Source: Eledone cirrhosa (lineage: Eukaryota). From it: DNA of 64,000 nucleotides. Positions 61,312-64,000 of this stretch are shown here, in pieces (the stretch's first letter is position 1; each line of letters opens with the position of its first letter). The notes under the pieces are model-generated. The model was not told the origin of the DNA. It saw nothing but the letters and a program-made list of their open reading frames with translations, and searched no databases. The DNA lies in the NCBI GenBank assembly GCA_964016885.1, contig OZ024762.1:4774001-4838000 (forward strand). The letters are read 5' to 3'. The translations under genes were made by a program, and so were the position numbers.

Positions 61312-61760
61312 GATGGCTGCCCCCTCGTTATCGAGTATGGCCATTGCACGAAATAACATTATTAATAATTATTAATTAATGCTATCCTGTAATGCCTGTG
61401 CGTGAAGATTCTTTTTAAAGTGAGGAAAGACTGTGCACTGAGCCAATCCCACTCTCTGAGCGACAGTAACCATAACCCGATCAACATCATCGGTGAGTAC
61501 TGAGCCGCAGGTTTTATGTCGGAGTTATCCCAGTTTCCTGAGTTACCTTCTCCTAGAACAATGCCCTGACAAAGGCTAGGGGTCCTTCACATACATACAC
61601 ACATACACACATACATACATAGGGGTGCAACTGAGATATGCCGCCTAAAAGGAGGGTGTAGAGTCTAACTTTCCCTTCCCTCTTCCCAACTTTCTTTCTT
61701 TCTCTTTTCCTGTTTATCATGTAAACTATTTATGTAAATATAATTTATTTCATTAATTAC

Positions 61761-61790
61761 TGCAATGTCAAAGTTTGAATGACGTCACAA
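61761..61790 (+). promoter_or_regulatory. Paired CRE module upstream of PDE copy 4
   Basis: TGCAATGTCA-AAGTTTGAA-TGACGTCACAA. Perfect CRE at 61780-61787, about 310 bp upstream of the ATG. Confidence 0.6.
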
Positions 61791-62090
61791 TATAGAACGC
61801 AGATTATGCAAAAATGTTATATATTTCAGAACAAGAGGAGAAAATGTCCAATATAGAGGGAGAGGGGAAGAATCAAAGACAAATTGTGTCTTAGCAAAGA
61901 CCCAGGAGAGGGTGAGAGTGAGAGAGAGAGGGGGAGAGAGAGAGTGGGGGAGCGAAAGGGAGAGAGAAGACGAGAAAGCGAGAGGGGCAAGGCCACAGAA
62001 ATAGGTCTATAACATCATCAATAGACAAATAGATATGTAAACGGTATACTAAAAACTGAGAATCGCTATCGTCTCCCTGAGATATGCACA

Positions 62091-64000
62091 ATGGTTGATG
62101 AGCTTACACGAGAAGATGTGGAAACATTTTTCGAAGAAAATCCTGAATTCCTTAAAAAATATGCAAGTAAGAATAAAATACCACCTTCAGCATTATCATT
62201 TATCGAACACCTTCAATTAATTCTTAGTCGAAAAATAGCCTACCAAACGCAAAGGAGCAGTGTGATTTCCGAATTCGAGACTTACAGAGAAATACTCAAG
62301 GAATTCGCTTCCGAACTCAATGAGGATAGACTGTGCTACGTAATTCTTCAAAACACATGTATCTTACTCAATTGTGACAGCGCCAATATTTTCGTGGCTC
62401 GAGGTACTGATAATAACCGTTATCTTATTTCTAAATATATAGGTGTCACTTCTAATTCACAACGAACCGAAAGTCAGTATAAAGGACTCAATCCCATTCG
62501 CATACCATTCGGTAAAGGAATTGTAGGCTATGTAGCTGAAACTAAGCGTACCTTAAAAGTCACTGATGTTGCCAATTCTGAATATTATAAAATGGTTGAT
62601 GTAAAATCTTTCACACCTAATGCCAAAAGTATTCTTTCTATGCCAATTTTAAATAAAAGCGGGAAGGTGATGGGGGTAGCTCAGGTAATGAACTATGACG
62701 AAAATTCCGATTTTTCTTCAGAAGATGAAGCTTTATTTGCGAACTTACTGTCCTTTTGTGGAATCGGTATAGAGACTGTTTATTTGTTCCAAGTTTGTAC
62801 TGAGGAAGCCAGGCGCAACGCGTTATTACTTAAACTCACGGATTGCATTCTGAAAGTACAAAACAATCTACCGAAGCTTATATCTGAAATTCTACAACAA
62901 GCTATGGAGATGTTAGACTGCCGTAATATATGTGTCTATTTGTGTGACAAAACCAAAGGGACAGTCGAGCCTAAGAAGAACTCTAAAGTGTTTCAATTAT
63001 TAAGAGATGAAAACAATATGGAGGAGGTAACAATAGACAGCAGATTTATAAAGCATCTTGAAAGCAATTTGAAAAGTGAGAATATATTCGATATTTTCGA
63101 TTTAAAAACATATGCTGATGTCTCGGTTTCAGATGAGGATAATATCGAAAGTTGGTTACTTTGTATGGCAATAAAGGATGCCAAAGGAAATACAATTGGT
63201 TCGATAATGTTTATTAGAGATTCCAAGGACATATTCAGTGAAAATGATATCAATATGATAAAAACGTTTGCATCGGTTTGTGGTTTGAGTATTTTCAACT
63301 GTCGCCTGTACGAGACTTCAGTTAATTTGTTGGAACAGGCGAAAATAACTAACGATAGACTTGCTTATCACACAATATGCCATATGAAAACTGTTGAAAG
63401 ATACCGTTCAATGAAGTTGAAGTCTGCAGAAGAATATCAAATCTACAGTTTTGACTTCGATGATTCTTTATATAAAGAGGAAGACGGTGTTTTATTGTGT
63501 GTACTGATGTTTTTAAAACTTGACGTTGTAAATATATTGAATATATCTCAAAATTTTTTATACAGGTTTATTCTAACGGTTAAAAAGAACTATCGTCCGG
63601 TTGCCTACCATAATTGGCGCCATGCTTTAAACGTTACACAAACAATGTTCTGCATGTTAACTACAGGCCACGTAGGTAATTACTTTACACAATTTCAACA
63701 GATCTGCTTGTTAATGGCTTGTATGTTTCATGATCTTGATCACCGGGGACAGAACAATTCGTTTCAAGTGAAGATAGCCTCTTCTATTGCTACACTGTAC
63801 GGTACATCTGTATTGGAACACCACCATCTTGACCGGGGTATGATGATTCTGAATAATACTGGAACTAATATCTTTCAAAATCTTCCCGCAGAACAATACC
63901 AGCTTGGTCTCAAATTAATCGAGAAAGCAATCTTAGCTACCGACCTCATGAATTATTTTTCACGAATAAACATTTTTAAACATGAAGTAGAAAGCGGTCA
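62091..64000 (+). CDS. GAF-domain PDE5/6/11-like phosphodiesterase, single-exon so far, truncated by the window end; copy 4
   Basis: Manual translation from ATG 62091 is open to the end: MVDELTREDVETFFEENPEF..IRIPFGKGIVGYVAET..KKNYRPVAYHNWRH..HDLDHRGQNN..LEHHHLD..EKAILATDL. Confidence 0.9.
   Translation, partial: MVDELTREDVETFFEENPEFLKKYASKNKIPPSALSFIEHLQLILSRKIAYQTQRSSVISEFETYREILKEFASELNEDRLCYVILQNTCILLNCDSANIFVARGTDNNRYLISKYIGVTSNSQRTESQYKGLNPIRIPFGKGIVGYVAETKRTLKVTDVANSEYYKMVDVKSFTPNAKSILSMPILNKSGKVMGVAQVMNYDENSDFSSEDEALFANLLSFCGIGIETVYLFQVCTEEARRNALLLKLTDCILKVQNNLPKLISEILQQAMEMLDCRNICVYLCDKTKGTVEPKKNSKVFQLLRDENNMEEVTIDSRFIKHLESNLKSENIFDIFDLKTYADVSVSDEDNIESWLLCMAIKDAKGNTIGSIMFIRDSKDIFSENDINMIKTFASVCGLSIFNCRLYETSVNLLEQAKITNDRLAYHTICHMKTVERYRSMKLKSAEEYQIYSFDFDDSLYKEEDGVLLCVLMFLKLDVVNILNISQNFLYRFILTVKKNYRPVAYHNWRHALNVTQTMFCMLTTGHVGNYFTQFQQICLLMACMFHDLDHRGQNNSFQVKIASSIATLYGTSVLEHHHLDRGMMILNNTGTNIFQNLPAEQYQLGLKLIEKAILATDLMNYFSRINIFKHEVESG

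Overview
AT-rich, repeat-dense animal genomic DNA. The SINE families, microsatellite load and TTAGGG repeats suggest a cephalopod such as octopus; this is an inference, not a database match. The window holds a cluster of four single-exon GAF-GAF-catalytic cyclic-nucleotide phosphodiesterase genes of the PDE5/6/11 group: 20014-23142 (+), 40498-35528 (-), 48565-51690 (+), and 62091->64000 (+, missing from the ORF track because it runs off the window). The paralogs look functionally diversified. The three complete ones end in CaaX prenylation motifs (CLII, CSIS, CTIS). One carries 19 in-frame 33-aa repeats and has His in place of the 'invariant' substrate-binding Gln. One has lost the GAF-A cGMP-binding residues. 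Each is preceded by a paired CRE-like (TGACGTCA) module, with conserved spacing in three of them. The rest is mobile DNA and repeats: tRNA-derived SINEs; RTE, R4, CRE and Tx1 LINE fragments; Penelope-like elements with hammerhead-ribozyme motifs; Helitron and hAT non-autonomous elements; several minisatellites; an interstitial telomeric array; and long simple repeats that explain most spurious ORFs.
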